A stretch of 64,000 bases of DNA from Candidatus Binatia bacterium (GCA_963666315.2 CAXXHG010000018.1:32001-96000), one strand, 5' to 3'; shown: positions 28,751 to 43,744, counted from the first letter of the stretch. A program made the numbers and translations. The notes: generated by a model from the sequence alone, not told the origin.

Positions 28751-30121
28751 TTAAAGTGCCTCAACGTAGGACCGAAAGACTTCCCCCCGGTGGGTATAGT
28801 TCTGAAACTGATCAAAGCTCGCACACGCGGGAGAAAGTAAGACCGTATCTCCAGCCTGCGCGCCAATGTGCGCGGCCTGAACTGCAGCGTCTAATGCCTC
28901 GACCCGCAGCGTTTCTGTTTCCCGCCCAAGTGCCGCGTGCAACACGTGCTGGGCTTGACCAAAGAGGATGAGTTTTTTCACCCTGGTCCGCACCAGATCT
29001 CTTAAAGAACAGTAATCGCCCCCTTTCTCTACTCCTCCAGCCAGCAAGATAATTGGTCCGGAAAAGCTCAGGAGCGATTGCACCACGGCACCAACATTCG
29101 TCCCTTTGGAGTCATTGATATAGGTCACACCGTTCTTCTCTGCCACGAACTCAAGCCGGTGCGGTAAACCCGGAAACCGCGCCAACACGGTCCGAATCAC
29201 GCCAGGCGACACCCCCCACAACGTTGCCGCACTCACCGCAGCCATGACATTGGAGATATTGTGACGACCACGAATACGCAGACAGTCAAGTGGATAGCGT
29301 GTTTCCCGGTCGGCATGACGGACGACGAGAGTTCCGGTATCGATCCAAGCGCCTTGCCACGCCCTGGCCCCTGCCCCATCCGAACTACTTTCCGACGGAG
29401 GAGCCCAGCCAAAAGAAAAGAGCCGGCCGGGTAACTCCTGACACAGGGAGGGGATTAGCTGGTCGTCCCGGTTCATGACAACCCAGTCTGCGCTCCGCTG
29501 CTGCAAGAAGAGCTTCCGTTTTACCGCCCCGTATGTTTCGACACCGCCATGCCGATCCAAATGATCTTCACTCAGATTGAGAAACAGACCGATCTGCGGG
29601 CGAAACCGATGGACCCATTCCAGCTGGAAACTCGAAATTTCCGCAACTGCAACATCGTATGGAGTCCCCAGCGCTTCAATCAGCGGAGTCCCAAGATTTC
29701 CTCCAGTGAAGACTCGCCGTCCGCTTTGCCGCATCATCTCGCCGAGCAGGGTCGTTGTCGTGCTTTTGCCATTCGTGCCGGTCACCGCCAAGATAGGACA
29801 TGAGAGGAGACGAAACGCCAGTTCAATTTCGCTCCATACCGGAACCTTCCGACTCACCGCCGCTGTCAGCAGCGGGGCAGTCGCCGGCACGCCAGGACTG
29901 GGGATCACCAGATCAATCCCGCGCAGGACCAATGCAGGATCGGTTTCCGGACGGACTTCTACGGGGAGTCCATCAAGTTGTGCCAGAGCTGAGGCAAGGG
30001 CGTCGCCTGTCCGGCTCTCCGAGACGCAGACGTGTCCACCTTGGGAGACGAGAAACCGAGCGACGCTTCTCCCCGTCCGTCCAAGACCAATGACCAGCAC
30101 ATTCTTTCCGATCACATCCAT
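28751..30121 (-). CDS. murD: UDP-MurNAc-L-Ala--D-glutamate ligase
   Basis: TGTNGKSTT, EISSFQL, DHLDRH, NDSKGTN, LSPACASFDQF. Confidence 0.96.
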   Translation of the reverse strand: MDVIGKNVLVIGLGRTGRSVARFLVSQGGHVCVSESRTGDALASALAQLDGLPVEVRPETDPALVLRGIDLVIPSPGVPATAPLLTAAVSRKVPVWSEIELAFRLLSCPILAVTGTNGKSTTTTLLGEMMRQSGRRVFTGGNLGTPLIEALGTPYDVAVAEISSFQLEWVHRFRPQIGLFLNLSEDHLDRHGGVETYGAVKRKLFLQQRSADWVVMNRDDQLIPSLCQELPGRLFSFGWAPPSESSSDGAGARAWQGAWIDTGTLVVRHADRETRYPLDCLRIRGRHNISNVMAAVSAATLWGVSPGVIRTVLARFPGLPHRLEFVAEKNGVTYINDSKGTNVGAVVQSLLSFSGPIILLAGGVEKGGDYCSLRDLVRTRVKKLILFGQAQHVLHAALGRETETLRVEALDAAVQAAHIGAQAGDTVLLSPACASFDQFQNYTHRGEVFRSYVEAL

Positions 30122-30141
30122 ACGCTTCGTGACTCTTCGTG

Positions 30142-31218
30142 TTAGCGTAGCTTCAACGTACTCAGCGCGCCTAAAGCGCAGATAATAGAGACTATCCAAA
30201 AGCGCACAATAATGAGCGGTTCCGGCCAACCAAGCAGCTCGAAGTGATGGTGCAGGGGTGCCATGCGAAAGATGCGTTTGCGCCGCAGCTTGTACGAGCC
30301 GACCTGAAAAATGACTGAGACGGCCTCAATCACAAAGACCCCACCCGCTATCGCTAAGACTATTTCTTGCTTGCTGATAAGCGCCACAATGCCCAGGGCG
30401 GCCCCCAAAGACAACGAGCCCATATCGCCCATAAACATCTGAGCGGGGTAGGCATTAAACCACAGAAAACCCAGTCCGGCTGCAGCCAGAGCCCCACAAA
30501 AAACCGCCATCTCGCCGGCTCCGGCCACATACGGCACCTGTAGGTATTCAGCGATTCTACTATGCCCGCTGACATACGCAAAAATGGCATACGTCACACC
30601 GACAATCATCACGGGTCCGATTGCCAACCCATCCAGGCCGTCGGTGAGGTTCACTGCGTTCGAGGCTCCCACAACAACCAGGGTGGCAAACGGCACATAC
30701 CACCAACCCAGGTCCGGGCGGAGATCCTTGAGAAAAGGAATGGTCAGCGTACTCTCAAATCCGGGCTGCCAGAAGAGCCAGAGTGCAGCCGCGAACGCGA
30801 TGATGAATTGGGCCAGGAATTTTTTCTTCCCCTGCAACCCGACCGAGTTTTGTTGACTGAGCTTCTGGTAATCATCGACAAACCCGATCAAACCAAAGCC
30901 TATAGTGACGCCGAGGGCAAGCCAGATGTATGGATTCGTTAAGTCTGCCAGCAGCAACGTTGCAAAAGTCAGTGAGAAAAGAATCAAGGCCCCACCCATA
31001 GTCGGCGTCCCTGCTTTGCTCTGATGGGCAGCGGGTCCATCTGAACGGATGGGCTGCCCAATCTTGAGCGCAGTCAATCGGGCAATCAGCCATGGCCCCA
31101 AGACAAAGGACGCACTGAGCGCAAACAGGGCGGCCAATAAAGTACGGAACGTGATGTAACGAAAAACGTTGAACCCGGAGTAGGTCGTGTGGAGGGAATA
31201 CAGGAAGGCGTACAGCAT
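30142..31218 (-). CDS. mraY: Phospho-MurNAc-pentapeptide transferase
   Basis: [32 protein letters not shown]. Confidence 0.97.
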   Translation of the reverse strand: MLYAFLYSLHTTYSGFNVFRYITFRTLLAALFALSASFVLGPWLIARLTALKIGQPIRSDGPAAHQSKAGTPTMGGALILFSLTFATLLLADLTNPYIWLALGVTIGFGLIGFVDDYQKLSQQNSVGLQGKKKFLAQFIIAFAAALWLFWQPGFESTLTIPFLKDLRPDLGWWYVPFATLVVVGASNAVNLTDGLDGLAIGPVMIVGVTYAIFAYVSGHSRIAEYLQVPYVAGAGEMAVFCGALAAAGLGFLWFNAYPAQMFMGDMGSLSLGAALGIVALISKQEIVLAIAGGVFVIEAVSVIFQVGSYKLRRKRIFRMAPLHHHFELLGWPEPLIIVRFWIVSIICALGALSTLKLR

Positions 31219-31311
31219 GACTTATTTCCTACTCCAGACCGCTGCGGTGCAATAGCGAGACATTCTGATTTTGCTCATTTTACCCATTTTGCTCATTCTG
31301 CTTCTCGCCAC

Positions 31312-32847
31312 TCAATGGCCTGCACCCGATAAATAGTTGCGGACCTCTTCAGCATCATCAAAATGATGCTTCGTCGTTCCAATGATCTGGTAATCTTCGT
31401 GTCCCTTGCCCGCAATCACGACCACATCTCCTGGTCGCGCTTCATCAAGTGCACGGCGAATAGCGCTGCGTCGATCAGGAATGACCGCATACATGCTGCG
31501 CAACGAGCCGACCGCAGCATGTTCTTCGCGCGTCATCCCAGACCGACTCAGTCCGGCTTCCGTCTCGGTCAGAATCTTGTGCGGATCTTCCGTACGTGGA
31601 TTGTCCGCCGTCAGCATCACCACATCGCTGAGTCGCCCTGCGACCTCGCCCATCAGCGGCCGTTTCCCGGTGTCCCGATCCCCACCGCAGCCGAACACGG
31701 TGATGAGGCGCTGAGGGGTGAGAGAGCGAAACGACGCGAGCGTCTTCTCAAGCGCATCCGGCTTATGGGCATAGTCAACAAATACCTCGAACGCCCGTCC
31801 GGTCCGAATGGCTTCTAAGCGTCCGGGAACGCACCGACACTGCGCAATCCCCGCCGCGATTTTTTCCGGTGGGACCCCCAGCGCATGGGCAACCGTTGTT
31901 GCCGCCAGGATGTTATACATATGCGGCTCCCCGATCAGTGCGGAAGCAATCTCGACCACATCGTTTGCAATGCGGAGCACGGCCTGCGTCCCATGAAAAC
32001 TGAAGTTCAGCTGCTGGGCTACAACCGTACTGTCGTCGTGCATGCTATATGTCAGCACCCGGTACGGGAGCTGCTCGGCCAGCAGTTTCTGTCCCCATGT
32101 ATCATCGGCATTCATAACCGCAAACCGGTTGGGCTTTGGGGAAACCGCGAGACACTCGCGGAATAAACGTGCCTTGGCAGCGAAATAGGCTTGTGTATCG
32201 GAATGATAATCCAGATGGTCGCGGCCAAGGTTCGTAAACACGGCGCCCTCCCAACGACATCCCCACACTCGATCTTGGGCCAAGGCGTGCGAGGAAACCT
32301 CCATCACCACATGACTGACGCCAGCCAAGACCATCGCATGCAGTAGCGCTTGCAGCTCAACCGCCTCAGGCGTTGTCAAAGGCGCCGACAATGTCTGATC
32401 TCCATACCGATAGTTCACCGTTCCGATCACGCCGACAGACCAGCCTGCGGCTTTGCCGATCGCTTCCAGCACATATGTTGTCGTTGTTTTCCCACTCGTC
32501 CCAGTCACGCCGATGAGGGTCAGCTGGCTACTCGGCCGCTGATAAAACTCGTCAGCCATAACCCCGAGTAAGCGCCGTGGCCGCGCCGCAGTAATAACAG
32601 TCACACCGGCCGGCACCACCGTTCCCGCAGGGACAACAACGGCCCGGGCGCCGTGATCGAGCGCTTGCTCAAGGAAAGTCGCCCCCTGGGCCTTGGTTCC
32701 CGGCAGAGCAAAGAACACCGCTCCAGCTTCGACCCGGCGGGAGTCGTAGGCAAGCTGTTCAACCGCCATATCGATCTTGCCTCGAACCTGTATCGAGGGA
32801 TCCTTTGGGAGCAGATCACGCAGGCACGCCACACTACACCTCACCAA
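31312..32847 (-). CDS. murE: UDP-MurNAc-tripeptide synthetase (m-DAP-type DNPR motif)
   Basis: TGTSGKTT, MEVSSH, DYAHKPD, DNPRTE, AGKGHEDYQ. Confidence 0.96.
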   Translation of the reverse strand: MVRCSVACLRDLLPKDPSIQVRGKIDMAVEQLAYDSRRVEAGAVFFALPGTKAQGATFLEQALDHGARAVVVPAGTVVPAGVTVITAARPRRLLGVMADEFYQRPSSQLTLIGVTGTSGKTTTTYVLEAIGKAAGWSVGVIGTVNYRYGDQTLSAPLTTPEAVELQALLHAMVLAGVSHVVMEVSSHALAQDRVWGCRWEGAVFTNLGRDHLDYHSDTQAYFAAKARLFRECLAVSPKPNRFAVMNADDTWGQKLLAEQLPYRVLTYSMHDDSTVVAQQLNFSFHGTQAVLRIANDVVEIASALIGEPHMYNILAATTVAHALGVPPEKIAAGIAQCRCVPGRLEAIRTGRAFEVFVDYAHKPDALEKTLASFRSLTPQRLITVFGCGGDRDTGKRPLMGEVAGRLSDVVMLTADNPRTEDPHKILTETEAGLSRSGMTREEHAAVGSLRSMYAVIPDRRSAIRRALDEARPGDVVVIAGKGHEDYQIIGTTKHHFDDAEEVRNYLSGAGH

Positions 32848-34781
32848 CCAGTCTCGAGAGTCAACTCATAGACGGGTTCTTCGGTACGCGGATCCGTGCG
32901 CAGCACCTGACGCGTCACATAGCCACTCCCGTAGGCAACGACCCGCATGTCGCTCTGGGACGCTGTCCGCATGGCCTCACGTAGACTGAGCCCGATAAAA
33001 TTCCTACCATCGCGCTGGCCCGGCAACATAGTCGCCTGCTGCTCCGCTATTCTACCCTGCCCACCCCGGTCGCCAAACGAGAATGGCGCATACGGCAAGA
33101 CGCGGGAAGGCTGCTCCTGACTTCCCGCAATACCGAGCTGGGCTAGGGCCTGCTGGGCAATCGTCTGAAAAACAGGCCCAGCGACTATACCGCCATAGAC
33201 CGCTGTCTTCGGTTCATCAATCACAACCAATATCACGAGCTGAGGCCGATCCGCCGGAACAATGCCGATGAAGGAAGCTATCCGACCTGTTGCGGAATAC
33301 CCACCGCGCGGATCAACCTTTTGAGAGGTCCCTGTTTTTCCCGCCACACGAAAACCTTCAATCTGAGCACGCCAGCCGGTCCCGCCCGGCTCAACCACAT
33401 GTTCAAGGAGGGCAAGCATCTGCTGAGCCGTCTCAGGCCGGATGACTTGTCTCAGACGGAGGGGACTATTGGCATGCACCACGTCTCCTTTCGCGTTCAG
33501 GATTTCACTCACCACATATGGGCGCATCAGCACGCCGTCGTTAGCCAGGACCGCATAAGCACTCGCCAACTGCAGCGGTGTGACCGCCACGCCTTGACCA
33601 AAGCTCGCGGTGACAAGTTTGATACGTGACCAGTTCCGTAGCGCAGGGAGAATCCCAGCGCTTTCTCCAGGCAGATCGACTCCCGTCTTCTGTCCTAACC
33701 CAAATCCTTGCAGGTACTGATAGTAACGTTCTTTTCCGAGGCGCTGGCCGATTTTTGCCGCGCCAATATTGCTCGACTTGATCAGGATCTGGCCCACACT
33801 CAGATCCCCATATGGATGGACGTCATGAACAGTATGACGCCCAACCCGGTAGCCGCCGTATTCACAAAAGATCCGATCCTGTAGACGAACCTGCCCAGAG
33901 TCTAAAGCAGCGGCCACTAACAGCGCTTTCAGCGTTGAGCCAGGCTCATAGCAATCACTAATGGCCCGATTCCGCCGCGCGTCTGGTGCGGAATCGCCAG
34001 GGGTATTGGGATCGAATGTCGGCACTTGAGCCAGGGCAAGAACGGCGAACGTACGCGGATCAAGTATGAGCACGGTTCCAGCCCGTGCTCCGCTCATTTG
34101 TACGGCGCGCTCTAACTCTCGTTCGGCTAGGTATTGGAGTTTGGCATCCAGCGTCAAGCGGGCCTGGAGCGCGTCCGGTCGCCGTGGGCTGCCATGAATG
34201 AAGATCGTGCGTCCGAGCGCATCCCGCTCGCCCAGTGTCCTGGCCGCCTTGCTATACAGGTATCGATCATAGGCATACTCCACGCCGGCTAAGCCTCTGG
34301 CATCAACATCAGCAAAGCCGAGCAGCGGGGCAGCTAAGCTGCCTTGTGGATAGATCCGTCGCTGTGTTTCCTCACTGTCTATGCCTGACAAACCGAGCGC
34401 TTTGACTCGATCAGCTTCCCGAGGCGAGACGCCTCGTTTCAACCACACAAACGGGGTAGATGAGTGCAAGGTATGATTAACCTGCTGTACCGACAGCGAA
34501 AGCTGCTCTGCCATAATCGGAATAGTGACGTCAATATCGGCAGGCAGTTTTTGGGGACGAACAAAGAGGGACTGCGCGCCTACACTGAACGCCAGCAGAC
34601 GATCATTGCGATCAACAATGGCCCCTCGATACGGTTGTACCGTCACACTTTGGCGGTGCTGGACGGCCGCCCGCTGAGCGAGGAAGTCTCCCTCGACAAT
34701 CGTGAGCTGGACGAGACGAGCCAATACCACGAGTAACCCCACCCCCAACACCCCTGCAACTATTCGCAGTCGACCCGCCAT
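32841..34781 (-). CDS. ftsI: Penicillin-binding protein FtsI with PASTA domain
   Basis: EPGSTLK (SxxK), SSN, KTGTSQK. Confidence 0.95.
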   Translation of the reverse strand: MAGRLRIVAGVLGVGLLVVLARLVQLTIVEGDFLAQRAAVQHRQSVTVQPYRGAIVDRNDRLLAFSVGAQSLFVRPQKLPADIDVTIPIMAEQLSLSVQQVNHTLHSSTPFVWLKRGVSPREADRVKALGLSGIDSEETQRRIYPQGSLAAPLLGFADVDARGLAGVEYAYDRYLYSKAARTLGERDALGRTIFIHGSPRRPDALQARLTLDAKLQYLAERELERAVQMSGARAGTVLILDPRTFAVLALAQVPTFDPNTPGDSAPDARRNRAISDCYEPGSTLKALLVAAALDSGQVRLQDRIFCEYGGYRVGRHTVHDVHPYGDLSVGQILIKSSNIGAAKIGQRLGKERYYQYLQGFGLGQKTGVDLPGESAGILPALRNWSRIKLVTASFGQGVAVTPLQLASAYAVLANDGVLMRPYVVSEILNAKGDVVHANSPLRLRQVIRPETAQQMLALLEHVVEPGGTGWRAQIEGFRVAGKTGTSQKVDPRGGYSATGRIASFIGIVPADRPQLVILVVIDEPKTAVYGGIVAGPVFQTIAQQALAQLGIAGSQEQPSRVLPYAPFSFGDRGGQGRIAEQQATMLPGQRDGRNFIGLSLREAMRTASQSDMRVVAYGSGYVTRQVLRTDPRTEEPVYELTLETGW

Positions 34782-34790
34782 CTTCTTCTC

Positions 34791-35063
34791 CTACGGCAGT
34801 ATAATAATTTGCTCGGAGCGTGGCATATGCAGACCAATCCGTTTGCCAGCACTCTGCGTCAGACGGCCTGGGGCTGTAATGGCTTCCCACTCAACCTTGA
34901 ACGCCTGCTGTTCCTCTTCCAGTGTGTGGACGAGTTGACGTGTATTTGCGAGCGCATATCCGACGGAAACCACGCGCAGACGAATCCAGACGTGGGTCAG
35001 AATAAGAGTCAGTCCAACCGCGGCAATCATGATATAATGCCCCCAAACGGTCCCTCTTCGCAT
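34791..35063 (-). CDS. ftsL: Cell division protein FtsL
   Basis: Small TM + coiled-coil protein between rsmH and ftsI. Confidence 0.8.
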   Translation of the reverse strand: MRRGTVWGHYIMIAAVGLTLILTHVWIRLRVVSVGYALANTRQLVHTLEEEQQAFKVEWEAITAPGRLTQSAGKRIGLHMPRSEQIIILP

Positions 35064-36050
35064 CTATCCTTCTCCCTCTGCACGTTTCTCCACCGCTCGC
35101 AGTCGTACACTCCGGGCACGTGAATTTGTCAGCACTTCCTCCGGCGTTGGAGTGAGCGGTTTGGTCGTCAGCAGGCGCACCTGCGATGTCCAGCCACACG
35201 CGCATACTGGCAGCTGGGGTGGACAGATGCAGGTCGACGCCCAGCGGCGAAATGCCCTTTTCACCAATCTGTCCTCTAACGAATGATACGAGAGGATCAG
35301 CATGCGTCCCATCGGTCGCAACAGCCGATAGCCCTCGCTCAGGAATGTTTCCAGATGCTGGAGTTCTTGATTCACCGCGATGCGTAGCGCTTGAAAAGCC
35401 CGTGTTGCGGGATGCATCTGAGTCCGGGACGTCCGTCGGATAACGCGCTCAATAATCTCGACCAGGGCAGTCGTGGTCGTTATGGGGTTTTCTGACCGTG
35501 CCCGGATAATCGCACGCGCGAGCGCTCTCGCGGCACGCTCTTCACCGAATTCTCGGAAGATGCGCTGCAATTCGTCTTGGCTGCCATGATTGACGATGTC
35601 TGCCGCGTCATGCTCTTCGTGTTGGTTCATGCGCATATCAAGCGGGCCAGCGCGTAAAAAACTAAACCCGCGGTCCCCAGCCTCGATTTGCAGGGATGAA
35701 AAGCCAAGATCAAGCAGCACTCCGTCTACCCCGCTCCATCCCAGTTCCCGCAGCACGTCAGGCGTTTGACTGAAATTCGCATGTACGAAGACACACTGTG
35801 ACGCAAACGGGGCCAGCCGCCGTCGGGCCACTGCGATCGCATGCTGATCCCGATCGAGCCCAAGTAGTCTTCCGCCTCCAGCGCCTGCTTCTAGCGCGGC
35901 AATAGCGTGTCCGCCGCCGCCCAGTGTTCCGTCAAGGAGGTCTCCTCCAAGGCAAGGCCCAAGGAAAGATACTACTTCCTCCAGCATCACTGGGATGTGT
36001 ACACCAGCCGGTATCACGTCGGCAGGGTCAGAAGCGGAGACTGTTTCCAT
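35064..36050 (-). CDS. rsmH: 16S rRNA m4C1402 methyltransferase
   Basis: HIPVML, DLGFSS, PLDMRM, FQALRIAVN, YHSLEDR. Confidence 0.97.
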   Translation of the reverse strand: METVSASDPADVIPAGVHIPVMLEEVVSFLGPCLGGDLLDGTLGGGGHAIAALEAGAGGGRLLGLDRDQHAIAVARRRLAPFASQCVFVHANFSQTPDVLRELGWSGVDGVLLDLGFSSLQIEAGDRGFSFLRAGPLDMRMNQHEEHDAADIVNHGSQDELQRIFREFGEERAARALARAIIRARSENPITTTTALVEIIERVIRRTSRTQMHPATRAFQALRIAVNQELQHLETFLSEGYRLLRPMGRMLILSYHSLEDRLVKRAFRRWASTCICPPQLPVCACGWTSQVRLLTTKPLTPTPEEVLTNSRARSVRLRAVEKRAEGEG

Positions 36051-36129
36051 ATGGGATTTTCGGTATCGCCGGACGCGTTCGTGTGCTTTCTATCGACATA
36101 TATGCTGCTGGCATGTATGCCGCTGGCAC

Positions 36130-36591
36130 CTATGCCGCACTTGCATTGAGGTTACTGAATAATCTTGGGTCTTGAGCAAGCTCTTTTTCAGATTCTTCAT
36201 TGAACTTCCGCCATGTCTCCGTGTCCCAAATCCGGAACTTCTCAAGGGCAGCAGCAAACATGACATCTTTCCCCAAGCCGGCATAGTCTCTCAGAATCGG
36301 GGGAATCAGAATGCGGCCTTGTTTATCGACCGAACATTCCTGAGCATTTGACAGGTAAAATATTTCGAGTTTCAAGAAATTCGGATCAAACCGCGGCTTT
36401 TTACTCAACTCTTGCTCAAAATGCTCCCATTCTGCATACGGGTAGACATCCAGACAGCGAAAGGAGTCCAGGATGAATTTCGTGACAATAAGCCGGGCAT
36501 CGTTCCTTCCAACCAAAATTTCTCGGAACTTCGACGGAATACTGACCCTGCCTTTCTCGTCGATGGTGTGCTCAAAGCTGCCCCGAAACAC
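36130..36591 (-). CDS. mraZ: Transcriptional regulator MraZ
   Basis: IDEKGRVSIP and VDKQGRILIP motifs. Confidence 0.96.
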   Translation of the reverse strand: MFRGSFEHTIDEKGRVSIPSKFREILVGRNDARLIVTKFILDSFRCLDVYPYAEWEHFEQELSKKPRFDPNFLKLEIFYLSNAQECSVDKQGRILIPPILRDYAGLGKDVMFAAALEKFRIWDTETWRKFNEESEKELAQDPRLFSNLNASAA

Positions 36592-36594
36592 GAC

Positions 36595-36631
36595 TTTCCC
36601 CTATTCCCCACTTTCTCCCACTTTCTCCCAC
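36595..36631 (-). promoter_or_regulatory. MraZ operator (10-bp-spaced GTGGG boxes)
   Basis: GTGGGAGAAA GTGGGAGAAA GTGGGGAATA GGGGAAA immediately upstream of mraZ. Confidence 0.85.
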
Positions 36632-36707
36632 GACTATATTACGCAGTTTTTTGGGTGTCAAGCGAAAACTAAAGATATTGAGGAGGTTTAGGCCCACAAC
36701 CACCATT

Positions 36708-36741
36708 ATTGACTCGCCTTCTTCATTGACTCGCCTTCTTC
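36708..36741 (+). repeat. Perfect 17-bp tandem duplication carrying a -35-like TTGACT
   Basis: ATTGACTCGCCTTCTTC x2 upstream of the aminotransferase-serA-purA block. Confidence 0.85.
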
Positions 36742-36838
36742 GCTTCGATACACCATTCCTTTGTTAAGGAGGATGATACTGTTGTAGGCCTGGGCATGGG
36801 GAGTTCGTCCGGGTTTTTTATGGAGTCTAAACAGCGAG

Positions 36839-37993
36839 ATGTTAAAACGATATCTACTCACCCCAGGGCCGACTCAAGTACCACCCGAGGTGTTGCTCCG
36901 TATGTCGCAGCCCCTTATTCACCATCGCAGCCCTGAGTTCAGCCAGATCTTTGCCGAAGTTAAAAGCGGTCTGCAGTGGCTTTTTCAAACACGACACGAT
37001 GTCCTGATCCTTGCGGCTTCGGGCTCTGGCGCAATGGAGGCCGCGGTCACCAACACCTGCTCTCCAGGCGACTCGGTGACCGTGGTCAACGGAGGAAAGT
37101 TTGGTGAGCGGTGGCTCAAAATATGCGCTGCCGTTGGCGTGCATCCACAAGAGATCAAAGTCGAATGGGGCCACGCCGTTTCGGTTGAGCGTGTGGCACA
37201 GGCACTCCGTCGTCAGCCCAACACGAAAGCCATTTTGATGCAGGCCAGCGAGACCTCCACCACGGCTCTCCATCCAGTCAAAGAGATTGCCGCCCTCACC
37301 CAAGACACCGCAACCTTGCTCATAGTCGATGGCATTACCGCAATAGGCGCGATGGATATTCCCATGGATCGGTGGGGTATTGATGTCCTCATTACCGGTT
37401 CGCAAAAAGCGCTTATGCTGCCCCCCGGACTTTCCTTTCTCGCCCTGAGTCCGAAGGCGTGGCGGCAGACTGAACAGGCCCAGCTTCCCCGTTTCTACTT
37501 CGATCTACATAAAGAGCGCAAGGAACAAGCCAAACATACTACGGCCTATACCCCTGCCATTTCCCTCATCAATGGACTGCATGAAGTCCTGCGCTTACTC
37601 AAAGAAGAGGGCCTAGAAAATGTGTTTACCCGCCACGTCTCATTAATGAACGCGACACGCGCAGCCGTACAGGCACTGGATCTCACCCTCCTCGCAGCCG
37701 ATCATCCAAGCCCGGCCGCGACTGGCGTTTGGCTTCCGCCTCAGGTCGACGGCGTCCAATTACTCACCTATATGCGCGACCGGATGGGCGTTGATATTGC
37801 CGGCGGCCAAGATCACCTGAAGGGCAAGATTGTCCGTATCTCGCATATTGGCTATGCTGGCCCGTTTGACGTCATCACAGCGATCAGCACCCTGGAGATG
37901 GCCCTCAGCCGTTGGGGAGTCCCGATCGAGCTCGGTCAAGGAATCCGGGCCGCCGAATCCGTCCTGCTCCCGACATGGCCGCCAGTCGAGTAA
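36839..37993 (+). CDS. Class V aminotransferase (alanine-glyoxylate/serine-pyruvate family)
   Basis: LLTPGPT, SGSGAMEAA, ETST, GSQKALMLPPG. Confidence 0.92.
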   Translation: MLKRYLLTPGPTQVPPEVLLRMSQPLIHHRSPEFSQIFAEVKSGLQWLFQTRHDVLILAASGSGAMEAAVTNTCSPGDSVTVVNGGKFGERWLKICAAVGVHPQEIKVEWGHAVSVERVAQALRRQPNTKAILMQASETSTTALHPVKEIAALTQDTATLLIVDGITAIGAMDIPMDRWGIDVLITGSQKALMLPPGLSFLALSPKAWRQTEQAQLPRFYFDLHKERKEQAKHTTAYTPAISLINGLHEVLRLLKEEGLENVFTRHVSLMNATRAAVQALDLTLLAADHPSPAATGVWLPPQVDGVQLLTYMRDRMGVDIAGGQDHLKGKIVRISHIGYAGPFDVITAISTLEMALSRWGVPIELGQGIRAAESVLLPTWPPVE

Positions 37994-37998
37994 GCCCT

Positions 37999-41819
<3,821 letters not shown>

Positions 41820-41875
41820 CAGGCTGCAACCTTACAAGCAAAAAAGCTGTGCGTGCACCATCTCAGCCTTGCAGT

Positions 41876-42532
41876 CTAGGCATCTACCGTCTCGCCACAC
41901 AGAACGACCCCATCGAGATGCGTCATCGTGTTTACCGTATGGATAGTCGTCTCCCCATTCGGCAAGACGGAGACTTCACTCACCCCAGTGTTGCCGATTT
42001 TCTCGATCTGACGAAATCGGCTTACATCCAAACCGCGGCAGTGGAGCAAGAAGGCCCGAACGGCCCCGCCATGGGTAATAATCACGATTTGTTCTCCTCT
42101 ATGTTTGAGCACGAGTTCTTCGACAGACTGCAGCAGACGCCCTTGGAAGTGGGCAAAAGTCTCTCCCCCTCCGCGCGGCACATCCTCACCCGCTCGCAGC
42201 CGCTCCCACTCCTCGGCATGCTGGGCAACAACCTCAGCCGTGGTGAGCCCACTCCATGTTCCTATGTCCATTTCGCGCCACGCTTCTGTCGTGCGGGGGG
42301 TTATTCCGAGCACTGCCCCCAGAATCTCTGCGGTCTGGTGGGCGCGACTCAGATCACTGGTATAGAGAGCCTGGATGCGGCGGCCTTCAACACGGAGTTG
42401 CCGCGCGAGCTGGCGTGCTTGGCCATGGCCCGTTTCGCTCAGAGGCGTGTCAGCGTGCCCCTGCCAACGGTTCTCTTGGTTCCAGACGGTCTCCCCATGT
42501 CGAACCAAGAGCAATCGAACGCCAGCGTGCAT
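41876..42532 (-). CDS. Histidine phosphatase (phosphoglycerate mutase-like)
   Basis: RHGETVWN, SDLSRA, THGG. Confidence 0.92.
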   Translation of the reverse strand: MHAGVRLLLVRHGETVWNQENRWQGHADTPLSETGHGQARQLARQLRVEGRRIQALYTSDLSRAHQTAEILGAVLGITPRTTEAWREMDIGTWSGLTTAEVVAQHAEEWERLRAGEDVPRGGGETFAHFQGRLLQSVEELVLKHRGEQIVIITHGGAVRAFLLHCRGLDVSRFRQIEKIGNTGVSEVSVLPNGETTIHTVNTMTHLDGVVLCGETVDA

Positions 42533-42813
42533 CCCGATCTCTCTCATAGTATGGAGGAAGGTTTTCCAGACGAGCAGTCGGGTCTGGCCAGCCTCGGTAC
42601 AGCTCCGTAGCACGTCCGTCTGGGGATTACTATGGTCCGTTGGCGTTTCGGGTCGGATATGGTAGCAGGAGGCCAGCGTATTTGCGCGGAGGAGAGTATG
42701 CAGTACGGCGCGTTTTTGCCCCGTCTCAGGCCGCTCGCCCAGCGAGATGCCCGAGATCGTATGAAGACAACGGCGCGAGCGCGCTCCCTCAAGAGAAAGG
42801 ACAGGACTTTCGT

Positions 42814-43323
42814 ATGCAACTGAAGAAAAGAATCCCCAAAATCCGCCCCTCTCAACGCTGGATGGCACTCCTTGTCGTATGCTTCTTCAGCCTGCCTGCC
42901 TGCTCCGAGCCGGAAATCTATAATCCTATGGTCGAGATCTCGAATGTCGAATTGACCCGTCCAGAGGAAAATGTCCTGCGCATCACGCTTGACTACGAGT
43001 TAGCACCTGAGTTCAGGATCCCGCTGCCGTATAAAGAAATCGTTGTCTCTCCACTGGAGCCGCGAGCCAAAATCCTCGTCGCTCTTGAAGAGTTCATCCT
43101 CTCGGTTGATACGGTCATCGTCAAAATGGGGATTCCTCCGGAGGCTGGTATTGATTGGGAAGATGTCAGCGACAAAGAGCAGTGCTGTATCGTGTCATTA
43201 AAAGGACTTGTGGAAGAAGATGGCAAAGAGCGCTATGAGCGGATCAGCAACGAACTACGCGTTCTGCCCCCACAGCTTTCTGAGTCGTCACAAGAGGGGG
43301 AACGTATCCAGAGAGGAGGCACT
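42814..43323 (+). CDS. Putative lipoprotein with no own stop codon (reads into the amidohydrolase remnant)
   Basis: Basic N-terminus, hydrophobic stretch, lipobox-like LPAC. Confidence 0.55.
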
Positions 43324-43640
43324 ATGGCAACGATCATCAGTGCCGACGGGCATCTGCTTGAGCCGCCGAGCATTTGGGAAGAATATACTGAGCCCGCTTA
43401 TCGGGAGCAGGAGATTCAGATTGCCAAAGACCGAGAAGGCATCGACTGTCTAAAAATCAACGGCGAGCTGCAACGCGACCGCAATATGGCGATTGCCGTG
43501 GCCTGTACTCCCGGCAGCTTGTCTGACCCACACAAGGCGCGCACGATGTCCTGGGATGACATTGTGCCCGGGGGCTACGATCCTCACGTAGGCAGCAAAA
43601 AATTATCGGTGAGAACGCCAAGCGGTTGTACAATCTATAG
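43324..43640 (+). pseudogene. Amidohydrolase_2 family gene with large internal deletion
   Basis: GGAGG RBS; N-terminus IISADGHLLEPP...GGYDPH joined out of frame to C-terminus QKIIGENAKRLYNL*. Confidence 0.8.
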
Positions 43641-43744
43641 GCCAACTCCCGGTCGCGACGCTGTCGGGACACCGCTTGTGGCTGCCCTTTTTCGGGCGGC
43701 CACGAGACCCGCTCCAACAGGAATACAAACAAGGAGAGCACAGA

